A DNA stretch of 35,346 nt from Phoronis australis. Taxonomy: Eukaryota; Animalia; Phoronida. This document shows positions 1 through 11,796 of the stretch, piece after piece. Made by a program: the position numbers and the translations under genes. The stretch lies in the NCBI GenBank assembly GCA_002633005.1, contig NMRA01001247.1, positions 1 to 35,346 of the forward strand, given 5' to 3'. Numbering within the stretch: the first letter of the stretch is position 1; the number at the start of each line of letters is the position of its first letter. The notes beneath the pieces were generated by a model. The model had not been told where the DNA came from. It was given only the letters and a program-made list of their open reading frames with translations, and did not search any database.

Positions 1-2859
1 TCACCACTTGGCGGCGCTAGTAGTAGCAGTAACAGCGAACTCACAAGTGAACTCTCCTATACTACTACACTCCTTGATTGGAGGTTGACTAGTGCTACAG
101 AGCCTTAGTTTAGAGGGCCGAATTGGGAAGTCCTTTTTTTAAAAAAGGTATTAAAATATCTGTTGATGGCCATGCTAGTGGGCTTTGCATCCTTTCAAAG
201 TTTTTGGTGTAGGACCATGCCTATATATAAATTCACGCCCTCCGTATGACTGTGCATGTTCTACTGTTGGTTCACAACTTACAAGTTTTTGCTAAAATCA
301 CTTTTGCTGGATCCCAGTGCCCTGCTACGCGACGTGGCCTCAGTTTAATTGGTTGCCATGATGACATTTTACTACACATGTTTTATTGGCAAACAATTCA
401 CGTTATATTGCTACGAGCAGTGGTGCTGATAGAGGTTTAAGTACACTGCTGTGCCAGAGGGCCTATAATACTGTTAAGACGACCCTGAGGTACACGGAGA
501 ATTGTTGGAAAACAATAACGTGATTGCAATGAGCAGTGTTGTGCATCATTTCACTTCAGTGACCAGGAGCTTATTGCTTAGCACCTCGCTAACAGGACGT
601 CAATGCTTGGATCTATGCATTTGAATATCAGTTGACTTGTCACGGCGAGTTATTCGCCGAGAATGGTGACCTCGTGTAATGTTGATCTGTCAGAAAGTAA
701 GATTGAAATCACTTCCTATCTGAATAATGACAGAATGCGGGTGTGTATCTGCTTTTCAAAATAAATATTAATTAAACATGTGCACTGATACCTTGCCCTA
801 ATGGATCGTTTCTACTTGTTGTGTCCAAACAAAACGGGGTGTTTTGAATATACTGGTATCGACCACGTTGTTAGATGAGTATCGTGTGCTCAACATAGAT
901 AATGAATGTCGTCGAGTGTGTTGCCTCCTAAAGTGGGGTCGCCTCTGTAAGTAAGAGGTAGGAAGGGCTCTGCATATTGACTTCTGGTAGCAACATGCTT
1001 GTTCACCTGAAGGACTACACTTTTCTACATAACTTTCCTCGCAACTGGCGAGTTCACATCAATTTAACTAGTTCCACGGGAATGTTTAGATGAACAGGTC
1101 AACTCGATAGGGTCGGCTTTTCTTGCTCTTTCATAAACTTGTCTAAAGCAAAATTCAAAACATTTTTTCTACAGGTTTCAGCCTCGCCAGTGTCCGCAAG
1201 ACCCGTTAGAAAACAGCAGTGCTGGTCGGTGGTGTCTCATGCTCCCGTGACACCCGTTTGAGCTCCAGGATCAAGTCTATGTTTATTCTTGTTGCCAATA
1301 TCATGGCTTATATTCAGCTTCGAGAGTAGCGGCAGTCTGTATTGTTGGCCGAATTTACAAAGTGAGAACCTCAGATGAATGTAGCGCTATCCCAGAACTC
1401 TTAGGTCTTGCGACCAAACACTTGTTCTCGTTGGTCAAAGAAAAGACCGTCTCATTGTGGGCTTGTTGAGAAGTGTTACAGTGTTTAATGTATTGTAGTA
1501 ATATATTACAGTGAGCTGCAAGCATGTAACGGTTGTATTTAATAGACTCTTGAATGGTGACGCTGTGTTGGGAACGGGTGTGCCGTGATCAGCCACTATT
1601 CGTTACCGACTGTAGGCCTAATTCGACCCCCAAAGTATTTGATTTGTCCTGGGTTGTCCCATCACCTGGATGGTACGTTATGGTTTACGTACAGGCAGGC
1701 ACAAAGGTAAAAATTATTGGAGGGATACAAGCCAATTCGACTTTGCCCCCTTTTAATGCCACCACCTTCGCCCTCTATTCTCTGGATACCTCCAATTTCG
1801 TACAGACCCCCACGCTTGTCGTAGGTGAGGGGCAAACCCCAGATGGCAGCCACCTGAATTGAAGTTGCTTCAACAAAATTTCACGGAGAGTGAGAATTAT
1901 AGGACCATGGGTCATCGTAAGCGCCATAGGTAGGCGGGAGCTGGACTGTATGCCTCAAGTGAACTATACATGCATGTGAGCTGACTGTTCACGCCAACTG
2001 CGAAGGTGTGAAAATACGAAGCGTATAAATTAGATTAGTTGTGATTCACTTGGTACTGACAGCTCAGCTTGTACAGTGCGTAACTGTCTGTGCTGGCTTT
2101 AAGATCATTCATCTCGTAGGGTCCAGGTTTGGGAAAGTTCATTTAATTAGCATCTGGTTTTGAAATTATAATATGAATGGATGAGATTCCGGTGTTCTCG
2201 GTACACTGCCTTTGGGGCTGTTTCAAATTAATACTAAGCATGTTTTGATGATATAAATCACTTCTCGTTCTGTCACCTATTGGTGTCCATCTTGAACGAT
2301 AAAAGCAGGAATCAGCTAAAAGCTCATACACCTCAAGTCACAGAATGGATATCATAGCTTTTGGTGCTGTGTAATTCGGCTGCCCATTTAGCAGTCTTTG
2401 AAATGAGCGGAGTTTTCATAATGTCCTCATAACTTTTGAGGGTTGTCGCGGGTAAAAGGTCATTATCTTATTTAAGAGAATTGGATAGATGAGACGTTTT
2501 AATACATGTATCCGTTAATAGGCAAAAACAGGGTTTGGTGTCCTTAGTGAGATATCGCGTGTTCTGTACGTACGGGAATGGAAAANCGCATTACGTTTTA
2601 ACATAAAATAACCCCAGTTTTGCGGTTAATTGTGGGCCCTCACCGACGATAACCCAAAATTTATGGTGGGGGGTGCAAGGGGCTATGCCCCCTAAAATTC
2701 CCTCAGATTCCACAAAGAAGCATTCACGTAGTTTGCTTTAATCTGACTAGTTCTGTGTTATAATCTAAAAATTACCAGCAGTTTTGCGGTAAATATGGCG
2801 CGCTTGCGGCGAGGAGAACCCAAGTGATAGGTTAGATTGTTAATAGGTCTTTCTCAAGC

Positions 2860-3245
2860 AATGGCAAACTGGCATCTGAAGTTAAAACACTGGTTTTGCA
2901 GACGTCGTAGAATGTTTCAGTATGGTTGAGCTTGTGCAAACTCCACGATGTTCAGAACTAATTACACAGAATATGACAATCGGTGTACCAAAAGATGAAA
3001 TAGCATTGGCAGTAATCACAGAAGAGAGAAGCAGGCACTACTTAAGGAACACGGTCGTCAGAGGGCAGCCTCAGCTCCTACTGATCAGGAACAAGTATAC
3101 ACCAGGGACAACTGCAACAGACCTTCTTGCTATCTTGCTAGAGAATTGGAATTTTTAGTCACAGGCGACGCTAAAATCTAATTAATGACCCGACAGAGGG
3201 CGGATATCCATTGTCTCTCGGACACAGATGGCTTCCAACCAACCA
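2860..3245 (+). mobile_element. Decayed 3' end of an RTE-clade LINE
   Basis: Frameshifted translation ...TIGVPKDEIALAVITEERSR / QRAASAPTDQEQVYTRDNCNRPSC / GIFSHRRR* resembles the terminal C-x2-C...IGLxSH finger of RTE ORFs; it is followed by ccattgtctctcggacacagatggcttcc and a short (caac) tail, like RTE 3' UTRs (recalled pattern). Confidence 0.5.
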
Positions 3246-4007
3246 CATGGCTAATGAATTTTGATATAGTGCGGTAGGAGCCCTGTCATTCTTAAGTACT
3301 GTTGAATACGCAAGCTGTATTGGCTTCATGCTGTTTCAAGGCTAACCTTTCGTATATTTTCTTGCGAGTGCTGCCGACTGGCGACAGTGTATTAGAAATT
3401 TTCCCAAGTACATCACGACCACGCAGAAGCAACATTACTCAATTTCAGAAAAAATCAAATACCAGAAGTGGGCTCTACACCTCACGAAACATAAGAAAGG
3501 ACACGACGCAGGATCAAGTAAGCCATCGTGTTCAGAAGATGGAAAGATTGGTCAAAATTCAGGGTGGCGGATGCCGACATCTTGAATTATAAAAAATGCA
3601 CAGCGTGCAACCAAGTTAATTTTGTTTTCCTAACCATATATAATGAATTTCGTAATGACAACTCCGCAGTAAAAACATCGTAGTGTCAACTATTCGCAGA
3701 AAGCATACTTTATCTGGGCCTATATCAGTAGATTGTGTTTCTGTGCCTTTAAATATTCCTTTGTTAATGGTAGAGAAGTCTACAAGATTACATGCATGTA
3801 ATTGGTATGCCCCATTTCCCTGCCAAACATTTACACGTTCCAGCCTTCCCGTCACCATTTATCAGAAAAATCGATTACGTATTAATTTGAAATCGAAATA
3901 AAACGAACCGAGGCCGAGAAAACTGGCCCGTCACCACGTATTTTAAGTGCCTCGCTTGCTGTGGTCCTGCCTAGCCCTGCAGGAAATTTTTCTACCAAAG
4001 CGTTCTG

Positions 4008-4706
4008 TCAAAACTGTAGGAGGGCTTCCTCCATGCTATCAAAGTACTTTGAGTCAACAAGAAACTGACACAGTTTTGTGGTCGCTTTGACCCTAGTCTC
4101 ACCTGTAGCCACCACAGCTAGTACTGCGCAAAATTGGTGGGAATTTTCGAACATCATTTCTGCAATAGTTTTCGATTGTAAGTTTATCATTCTTACACCG
4201 CAACGTCTGGCATTCGACAACATATGACCATAAGCCGTATTCAGTCGCTCCCTGTCCCTGTGTACGTCAAAGTAATACCTAGCTGCGTGCATTCTGGGCT
4301 CAAACTTCACTTGTTCAGGATCAAGTTCAATGCCGCAGCCAAGCAGTGCATGCACAACCCGATTATCATAACCGTACACAGTCTTAACTAAATCATTCAC
4401 AGAGCCACAACCAGGACGAGCATTGATTTCAAGTAACTTTGGTACTGCGTCACCGTTCTTGCGGATGAATTCGACGTTGTAGACGCCTTGACGTAGGCCG
4501 ACGGCTAAGGAGCACTGATACGAGGCCTCAATTATCTCAGTACGCTCCTTGTCCGAATCACCACCTGGTGTAACCCAAGAAGTGCCCCAAAAGTACGGAA
4601 GTGGGGCGGGGCCCGCATGTCCAACTGAACCGCCGACAAGTCTCCCTTTTGACATCACCAAGTCCACTTCATATTTGATACCTTGCAGGAATTCCATTAC
4701 TATAAC
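4008..4706 (-). CDS. CARNS1-like: Copy A terminal exon (232 aa + TGA), catalytic ATP-grasp C-domain
   Basis: Acceptor ttctgtgctag|GTTATAGTAATG at 4707/4706; includes ORF 4008..4697 with MEFLQG, NVEF and EINARPG; TGA at 4010-4008. Confidence 0.93.
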   Translation of the reverse strand, partial: VIVMEFLQGIKYEVDLVMSKGRLVGGSVGHAGPAPLPYFWGTSWVTPGGDSDKERTEIIEASYQCSLAVGLRQGVYNVEFIRKNGDAVPKLLEINARPGCGSVNDLVKTVYGYDNRVVHALLGCGIELDPEQVKFEPRMHAARYYFDVHRDRERLNTAYGHMLSNARRCGVRMINLQSKTIAEMMFENSHQFCAVLAVVATGETRVKATTKLCQFLVDSKYFDSMEEALLQF

Positions 4707-7700
4707 CTAGCACAGAAATGATTCACTTTACTCGTACATCCTGGACGAAAACAAAATTGGAATTACGATTTATAAAGTTCTACTGGGAATCCCGTCAAGC
4801 AAAGAATGATTTCCAGAAATGATTCAATATATAGTCCGGGAGCCAGGGGGCTGAACCTGGATTTACTGGATAAAGTATATTTCTTTGCTGTTTCATGTAG
4901 CCTAGGGTTAAGTAACCATGATTTAGGTGGTGACCATTTGCAACCCTTGCGCATTTTTAAACATGCAAATTAAGGTCGCCATTATGCAAAATTCCTTTTT
5001 TGCTTGAAATTTCCTTACCAAGAATTGCAGGCGGATAACTTTGACGTTTTCACTTATGCAAATTAACCCCGCCAGTATTCATTTTTTTTTCTTTTGTTTA
5101 TAGCTACAGTACCAGGCACCACAGATGAACAATAATGATATTTTCACCTAATGTATATTCTGATGGTCAATTAGTTTCATTAAATCAGCTGGCATGTTGT
5201 TGCATCGTAAATGTTCATAATTAATGTAAATTTGCGTAATTCATGCAAATTAAGAGTGTCATTATTCAAAATTATACTTTTGCTTATAGCTGCGGTACCA
5301 AGCACCTCAGGTAAACTTTCATGATATTAGAGTCTATATTTCTATGGTCAATTAGGTTAATGAAATCAGTTTGCAAGATAAATTTCCATAATTTAGGCAA
5401 ATATAGGCGGTCATAGTTAAAAATTATGTTTCTGCTCTTAACTTTATAACGGAGGCCACTACATGTAGATTACTTTGATATTTTTTCTGATGAATTTAAT
5501 GAAATCTGTCATTACATTATCAATATAAGTATTTCGTAATTTATTACTAAACATTACAAATTCTAGTTTTGTGTGATACCCAGGGTAGCTCAAGTAGATG
5601 ACCAAATTGTTTAATTGCATAAACCCAGGACAATAATCTCTCGAAGGAGAACAATAACAAACTGTTTCAAATGCTAATTCAACCCTCAGAACGTGTGCAC
5701 ACTAGAGTATAACATGCCCGAAATATTGTGCGAAGTAGAAATTGACATTGCAACTGCATCTATTTGAATTTCATTGGATCTGACTTTTGAAGCCACACCT
5801 AATCATCACCAGTATGCAACAGGAGCGAGATGGACACCATGTGGAATTATAAATGGTGAGAGTGATTTGTTTATGGAATCTTTCTTCCATCCATAGTCCA
5901 GCTGGACCTAGTGCTGGTGACATTCCACCACATGGTCGACTAGTATTGGGCTTTGTTTACCTATACACTTTCTGTGAATGTTTCGGTTGTCGGTGACAGT
6001 TTGTGGGCGATCTTATATAACTTGCAGTTTTTCTTCGCCATACTAATAGTCTAGTTCCGGACATCTTTCTGCTTCTCTTCATTTCATAACAGGCACAAAT
6101 ACATTTAGTGGCCTGTTTTATGATTATCAATAGTGCCGATGACAGACAGGTCATGTCCAGCCTTCAATATTTTAACGATGGATCCAGTTTCAACTCCATA
6201 ATAGCATGCCACTGCGTTACAGCGCATGCCCAGGGAGGAGGCCTTTACAATATCATTGCATGTTTCCACTGTCAACTAAATGCCTACGATTGTATTATGC
6301 TTACTAGTTGACTTCATGGTTGTGATATTTGAAGCTGTTTCGTATCTTAGTAATGCACACGAAGTACAAATACAGTTTGATCACCCGAAGCAACCTAAAA
6401 TTTGTTAAGTTCACATGCACATTTCAAGTCCAGTTGCACAATAGTGGAGGAGGCTTCTTCATGGGATGTCTCCAGATAATGCCTGCTGCCAATGTCCTTG
6501 TACTGCATGTATGTTAAGGGTCAGGGATCTTCATCTATGATTAACTACTTGTGTTCCTTGCGTAGCAGAAGCAGTGTTTGAAATACCGGTGTCCTTTGTT
6601 TGTATAAATTATGCAAATTCATCGTGCAACAACTTGCAAACTGATTTCATTAAATTAATTTACCATATAAACATGTGCGAAGATGTTACCTGGAGTGCTT
6701 GGTACTTCAGATATAAGCAAATTAATAAAAATAGAATTTTGAATAATGTTGGCCTTAATTTGCATATATTAGGCAAATTCACCATGCATCCACTAGCAAA
6801 CGCGCTTCGCTAAGTTCATTAACCATGGAACCATAGTTAAAAACATTAAAGTTACCTGTCGGTAGTGCTTGGCTACATTAAAAATGCAAATTTTCATGCT
6901 CCAGATTGCAAACTGATTTCGTTAAACTAATTAACCATAGGAACATAGGTGGAAATACCATGATAATTCACCTGTGATGATTGGAACCATAGCTATTGGA
7001 ACAAGAACAATTTTGAATAATTGCGATCTTAATGTGCGTAAATTATGCAAATTGACAATGTATCCACCAAAAAATTGAACTATTAAATTCGTTGATCGTG
7101 GAAATATGGGTGAAAGCATCAAAATAACCTGCCTGTAGTGCTTAGTAAGGAAATTATGAGAAAATATAGAATTTTAGATAATGGCGGGCTTATTTTGCAT
7201 ATATAAAAGGTTGAGTAAGGTCACCCCCTATTCCAGATTACCTATGCCTAGGCTACGTAAATCAACAAAGAAAAAAAATATCCAGCAAATCCAGGTTAAG
7301 TAAAAAAGACACAGCATTTGGCTTCTGGATAATTACTAGTACATCCTGGACGAAAACAAAATTGAAATTACGGTTTATATAAAAAACTTAAATTACTTCT
7401 GGTTAGAGTATACCCATCAAGCAAAGAACGATTTCCAGACGCCAAACCTGACCACAGTCGTCAAGCGTGACCACTTCACCTGTTAATCCTAATAGAACGT
7501 TTTTAGAACACAGCATACTTTGTTTCTATTAACTGGTAGCTGTGAATGAACTTGTCAAGTACACTAAAACTAACGGTATTGTGTTACGTTGAACTTAACT
7601 GCAGAGTTGAAAATGTTTTTAAAAAACAAAGCTTACCGACTGAGAATACGCAATTTGTTCACATGTTGTGGTCCCACAAGCCATGCCGCTGGACAGTTCG

Positions 7701-10700
7701 TTGAAGAAATGTAATGAATCAGTTTTGTTGTACATAATCTTGCAGCCAACGGCTCCACTTCCGCAGGCGGGCTTCATGACTACGGGAAACGCTAGTTTGT
7801 CTAAAGCGGCTAGTAGCTCTTCTTTATTATTCACGGAGTAACTGGGCACACCGTACTGAAATATCATTACACAGGTCTTGATTGTAATTGGTGAATAGCA
7901 GTTTGTTTCACTACAACATTACTCGTAAAATAATGCAANTGAGAACATAGTGCTTACGTACTAGACTCCAGGAAGAGTAAAAATATTAGTGACATGGGCC
8001 CAGAAGTGCCAAATATCTTGAATGGGCAGTAAAAGACAATATTAACACGGACTTGCCGTAACCACCCGCCCCAATAGTCTATTGCAAAATCTCATATTAA
8101 AAAAATAACTCAAAACTCTGAAGTAGTAATTCTGCATAGTGCTTCGTCGATTGTTTAAATATACCTCTTACCTTTGCAGTTTGGGGATTATTAAGCACAT
8201 GTTCCTGAGTAGCGTCTTTCAAATAGGCCACCCTCTTGCTCTCGTAGCTATCCCCCGGAATACCAAGTTCTTCACATAGGTAAGCTCCGACCATACTTGA
8301 AAAGTCACCAAAGAAGCAGCCCGCGTTCACCTGGCGGTAGAAAGTATTAGCAGATCAATCACTTATGTCCTCTGTAAACCACGTTTTGGTGTTCTAAACA
8401 CCAGCTTTGTGCACGGTCTGATGTGAACTTAGGAAACAATCACATAACCGTTCGTATCCTTTGTTTAATCAAACTAAAATTGGTTATGTCACACTGCTAC
8501 ACTTCCTTGAAACTGAGACTGACACTAACATGTTGTCATTAGAGATTTTAAAATATGTTTTGTTTGAAGCAATAAAGGCCTGTCGCATATTTTCAATGGA
8601 AGAGAAATAAAATATATTGATTAGGGAACGATCAGTTTTAAGAGACCAAGTAATTGAAATTTTGTTTTTATGGAGAAAAAAGCGCGCTTGTTAAATTATT
8701 TGTTCTGCCTACATTTTATTCTCCCATTGAGATGTTTGAGGAACGTCTTGGGTTTGTGACGCTACCTTGTTTAATTTCAAAATTTGTTTAGGGAAACTTA
8801 AAAACAAGTGAGATGCTCTGATACGCCGTAACATATAACAATTTCGTAAAATGTAACAAATGTTACATTTTATGTTGCTAGGCCTCTCCTAAAATGTAAC
8901 AAGTTGTTATATTTTATGTAATTGTTACAATTTACGTCGAATGCACATGCGAGAAATGTAACCTTTTTACATTTTACGAAAGCCACGTCATATTTCATGA
9001 GTTTGCATGGTATTTGTGACACGGGGTAAAACCGTTGACACACTTAACGCCTTCTGTCTCGGATAGTGTGAATGAAATTCTATCAAATGTGCCAGGTCGA
9101 CTTGATAGATTTATCCCTATGCACTTTCCATGTTTTTAACATGAGTAGTTTAATGGTATAGTCCACACGAAAGGAGTTTTACAGGATCAAGTAACAAGTT
9201 TTTTATCGTTAAGGCGTCCTTGGAATCTTTTGTGGGCACTCATAAACCAACTGTGTATCCGACATTACAGAAAACACACTTCCCTTGGTTAGAAAAATAA
9301 TGACATCGTATTTGGCTAATATTTATCGTATTTTTTCGGGAACGAACGACAATAACAAAATTTCTCATAGAGAATTCAATTTCGGAAGCCAATTTGATAG
9401 AAAAAAAACAAGTTTTAGTTCACGATAGTTTATTTCGGTCACTGTTTTATTGCCTTGGAGTCATCGCTAATGCCGTAATTGCCCTGCTCCACACAAAAGG
9501 AGCAAAACCAAAGTTGCTGATGTCCATGGGTTTTGTCTACCACCTTAGTTACGAATGACACATTGTGATGGAAGGAAATAAGAGCACGTGTTTATTTGCC
9601 GGCAGGTTGAAAGGCTTTGCCAAACCAACAGCAAAATACCGCCTTTGAGCACAGCGAGCCAATAGTGTAAAAAGGGCGGCATAGTAACGTGTGTTGTTCA
9701 GCTTGAACGATGAAAGAAAGTTCCTATGATGTCTAACCTGCCTGAAATAGCGGTGGTAACAACAGATGGAACCGTGACGTGTATACGTAAAAATGGGATG
9801 CCCAGCTAGGGAAATAAAAAATATTTTGCACTCTGGAAGGACATAACCATTTTGCTCAAACCTGGTCAAGGTCGATAATGTAAAGGAACGATAGTCTAAA
9901 GAAGCTGACTGGACGTGAAGTCACGTGTCTCATGAGGAGCCACTCTTTGTGTTACAGCTCGCAGATAAGGGAATTTGGCATATTAATCCTTTGATGCATT
10001 GCATTAAGGTTATCTCCAACCTTATTTAGTGGCCTCCATTCTAACACGTGTATAAAAAACTAAGCTTTGGCAACTAGTAAAAGTATATATTTTCTGAAAG
10101 AACAAAGACTAGGAAATATAAATTTTCTTTTTGTATTGATGAGCCATTATTTTTTTACGTAAAAACCTTTTTTTAAAATCAAAATTTCATTTTAAGAAAG
10201 GTGCATTCACAGCAAAGTATCCCCTCGGTCGATTTTTAATGAAACCTTTTTAAGCGAAAACTTCACCAGTTACCTCAAAAATGGTGTTACGAATTTTCGA
10301 TTAGTCTGTTTGTTTGGTTTCTATGACAAGGTATTTTTGTAAAAAATTGAAGTTTTATTCGTCTTTGTCCCATTAAGCAAAAACTAGGCTTTTATGTGCG
10401 TTCGACGTGAAATGTAACAACTACGTAAAATGTAACAACTTGTTACATTTCAGGAGAGGCTTAGCAACATATACTGTAACAATGACGTAAAATGCAACAG
10501 TTGTTACATTTTACAGCGTAACTATGCTCTTCAATGGACGCAATTAATTTCACAAACGCATTGATGCGATCACTGTTGTCATAGGGTATGCTCAACTTTT
10601 AAAATAAATTGTTTACCACTGTTATGCAAAATCTCAAATGTAATGCTGAAGACATTAGTCATAATAGCGACAGAGCCATCGGTAATTTTACACATTTTTA

Positions 10701-11796
10701 CTATAAACAAAAAGGTCAAAAGGAATATGTATCAAAGCGGACCAAAATACGAACAAAGTGCAGTTCGTGGGAGTTAAAAGGTCTTGCAAATTGTTGGATG
10801 AACTTGACGTATTTATCGCGGGTTAGTCATAGCTCTTGAGGAATAGTTACTGTTAAAACACATTTATTGTCGGACCTTAACTATATTGTTCGTGATTTGC
10901 ACGTGTTCATTATCTCATTTTTAGTCCTAAAAGGGAAAGTTACTTTGATATTTCTCTTTTTCAACCACCTGATAATGCTGGCGCTGATTTCTTCCACCGG
11001 TCGGTCATCCTTCTTTTCGTGAATCAAACCTTCGTCGTTGTACTCGTCAATGATTCCTAAGAACTTCATCTTTGCACACCAGTAATTATTCTCTTCGTTT
11101 TTCGGTACCAAGACATACAATGATTTCAGTCCCATCTTCTTCAAAGTAACCCAGACAGAGTTACCGAGTTCGGTTTCGTTGGTAACAAGCATACGATTAC
11201 ACAAACAAAGGAGAGATTTTTCTGCGAGAGGCCCAGATGGCGTGTATTGTAAAGGTGAAATCCTAAAATGAAACAGTAAAAACAATTCAATAGCGTAAGC
11301 GACCATGATAGGAATAGACCCTGAAGTGTTCCTCCCATATGCTAGAGAGAAGGGGACGAGTGTTCAATTTATGGAGGAAAAAGAAAATTAGCTCTGATCG
11401 CTCTTCTTAAAATAGTCTTTGCTAGGGGCAATTCGCTTGGACAGAGGGCGGCATGTTTACATGGAGACCTCTAGATGGTGTCAGTTGGAATGAGCATCCT
11501 GAAAGCGCCATCACTTAAACAAACATTGTGTTGCATCATCCACTTTTACGTGTAATCTAAGTCCGAACTTGAGGATGGTTGAGCAAGTTGCCGCCGTTGA
11601 ACTGATATCAAAGAACTCTTACCAAACACAGCTTTAACAAATTGCAAATTCTATGGTAGAAATACATGTAGGTTTTTCTTTCAGTTTTCTGGGCGAGCCC
11701 TCTTGTTGTTGTTACAGTTTAAGCACGTGACAAATGGATCATTTCTAATAGTACAATGTAAGTGCTTGAACCAGGCAGATTCACTTACATATTCAT
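4008..11796 (-). CDS. CARNS1-like: Gene copy A: carnosine synthase 1-like / L-amino-acid-ligase-like single-domain ATP-grasp protein, ~467 aa, 5 coding exons (11796-11789, 11262-10944, 8330-8172, 7855-7637, 4706-4008)
   Basis: Exons join in frame through GT-AG introns (phases 2,0,0,0): MNM|ISPLQ...KRNIK|VNAGCFFGD...PQTAK|YGVPSY...PVVMKPACGSGAVGC...YSQS|VIVMEFLQG...GVYNVEF...LLEINARPG...LLQF*. ATP-grasp motifs (P-x-V-x-K-P, glycine loop, MEF, N-V-E, E-I-N-x-R) are collinear with the C-terminal half of vertebrate CARNS1 as recalled. Exon lengths match copy B exactly. Confidence 0.88.
4832..7338 (-). mobile_element. Internally deleted Academ (AcademX)-type DNA transposon in the last intron of copy A
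   Basis: Imperfect inverted arms of ~700 bp (~4832-5560 vs ~6600-7338; aacctggatttactggata vs tatccagcaaatccaggtt) built from ~150-180 bp subrepeats; left end TAG; the core carries a degraded XPG-like + Cys-rich coding remnant; absent from the corresponding intron of copy B. Confidence 0.72.
5700..6560 (-). pseudogene. Degraded XPG/PIN-like nuclease + Cys8 zinc-finger region of an Academ-type transposase
   Basis: Manual translation across stops and frameshifts: RHYLETSHEEASSTIVQ...VASGDQTVFVLRVHY...CNAVACYYGVETGSIVKILKAGH...KQATKCICACY...LSPTTETF...DYGWKKDSINKSLSP...MIRCGFKS...NRCSC. This follows the recalled HEEAD / DTDVFVL / GCD-x-V / LPPT / YGW / CGC...RCSC series. Confidence 0.72.
7637..7855 (-). 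CDS. CARNS1-like: Copy A exon 4 (73 codons), ATP-grasp lid with PVVMKP and GSGAVG loop
   Basis: Acceptor atatttcag|TAC, donor TCG|gtaagc; 219 nt, phase 0/0. Confidence 0.92.
8172..8330 (-). CDS. CARNS1-like: Copy A exon 3 (53 codons)
   Basis: Acceptor ctaccgccag|GTG, donor AAG|gtaaga; 159 nt; LCEELGIPG...AYLKDATQ resembles the ATP-grasp 'LCQELGLP...AKQKSLTQ' segment. Confidence 0.9.
8819..10523. mobile_element. Non-autonomous TIR DNA transposon with 6-bp TSD (TG-type end, possibly Ginger2-like) in intron 2 of copy A
   Basis: TIRs of ~130 bp (tgatacgccgtaacatataacaa... / ...ttgttacattttacagcgtaact) rich in aaaatgtaacaa units; ATGCTC duplicated at 8813-8818 and 10524-10529; copy B shows the empty site (gaggtactcttta, ~28962). 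Confidence 0.85.
10944..11262 (-). CDS. CARNS1-like: Copy A exon 2 (319 nt), N-terminal domain
   Basis: Acceptor tttcattttag|G ATT TCA, donor AAA|gtaact; same length as the copy B exon 29379-29697 with 11 aa differences. Confidence 0.88.
11789..11796 (-). CDS. CARNS1-like: Copy A first coding bases (ATG AAT AT|) at the 3' end of a mostly 5'-UTR exon
   Basis: Donor AT|gtaagt at 11789/11788, conserved in copy B; its phase 2 matches the single G at the start of the next exon; in-frame TAA upstream at ~11863-11865. Confidence 0.7.

Noticed and set aside
1-20. Single CTCF-like string ccacttggcggcgctag
   Set aside because: At the window edge, mismatched in the core and unsupported by anything else.
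1163-1300. Strong + strand acceptor (ttttttctacag|g)
   Set aside because: All three frames stop within 30 codons and no partner exon is recognisable.
1554-1862. 102-aa ORF and overlapping antisense ORF
   Set aside because: No recognisable motif, splice context or paralogue; treated as chance.
4008-4010. Terminal TGA as selenocysteine or readthrough in both copies
   Set aside because: The stop falls where CARNS1 ends as recalled, downstream sequence is not frame-conserved between copies, and no SECIS element was recognised.
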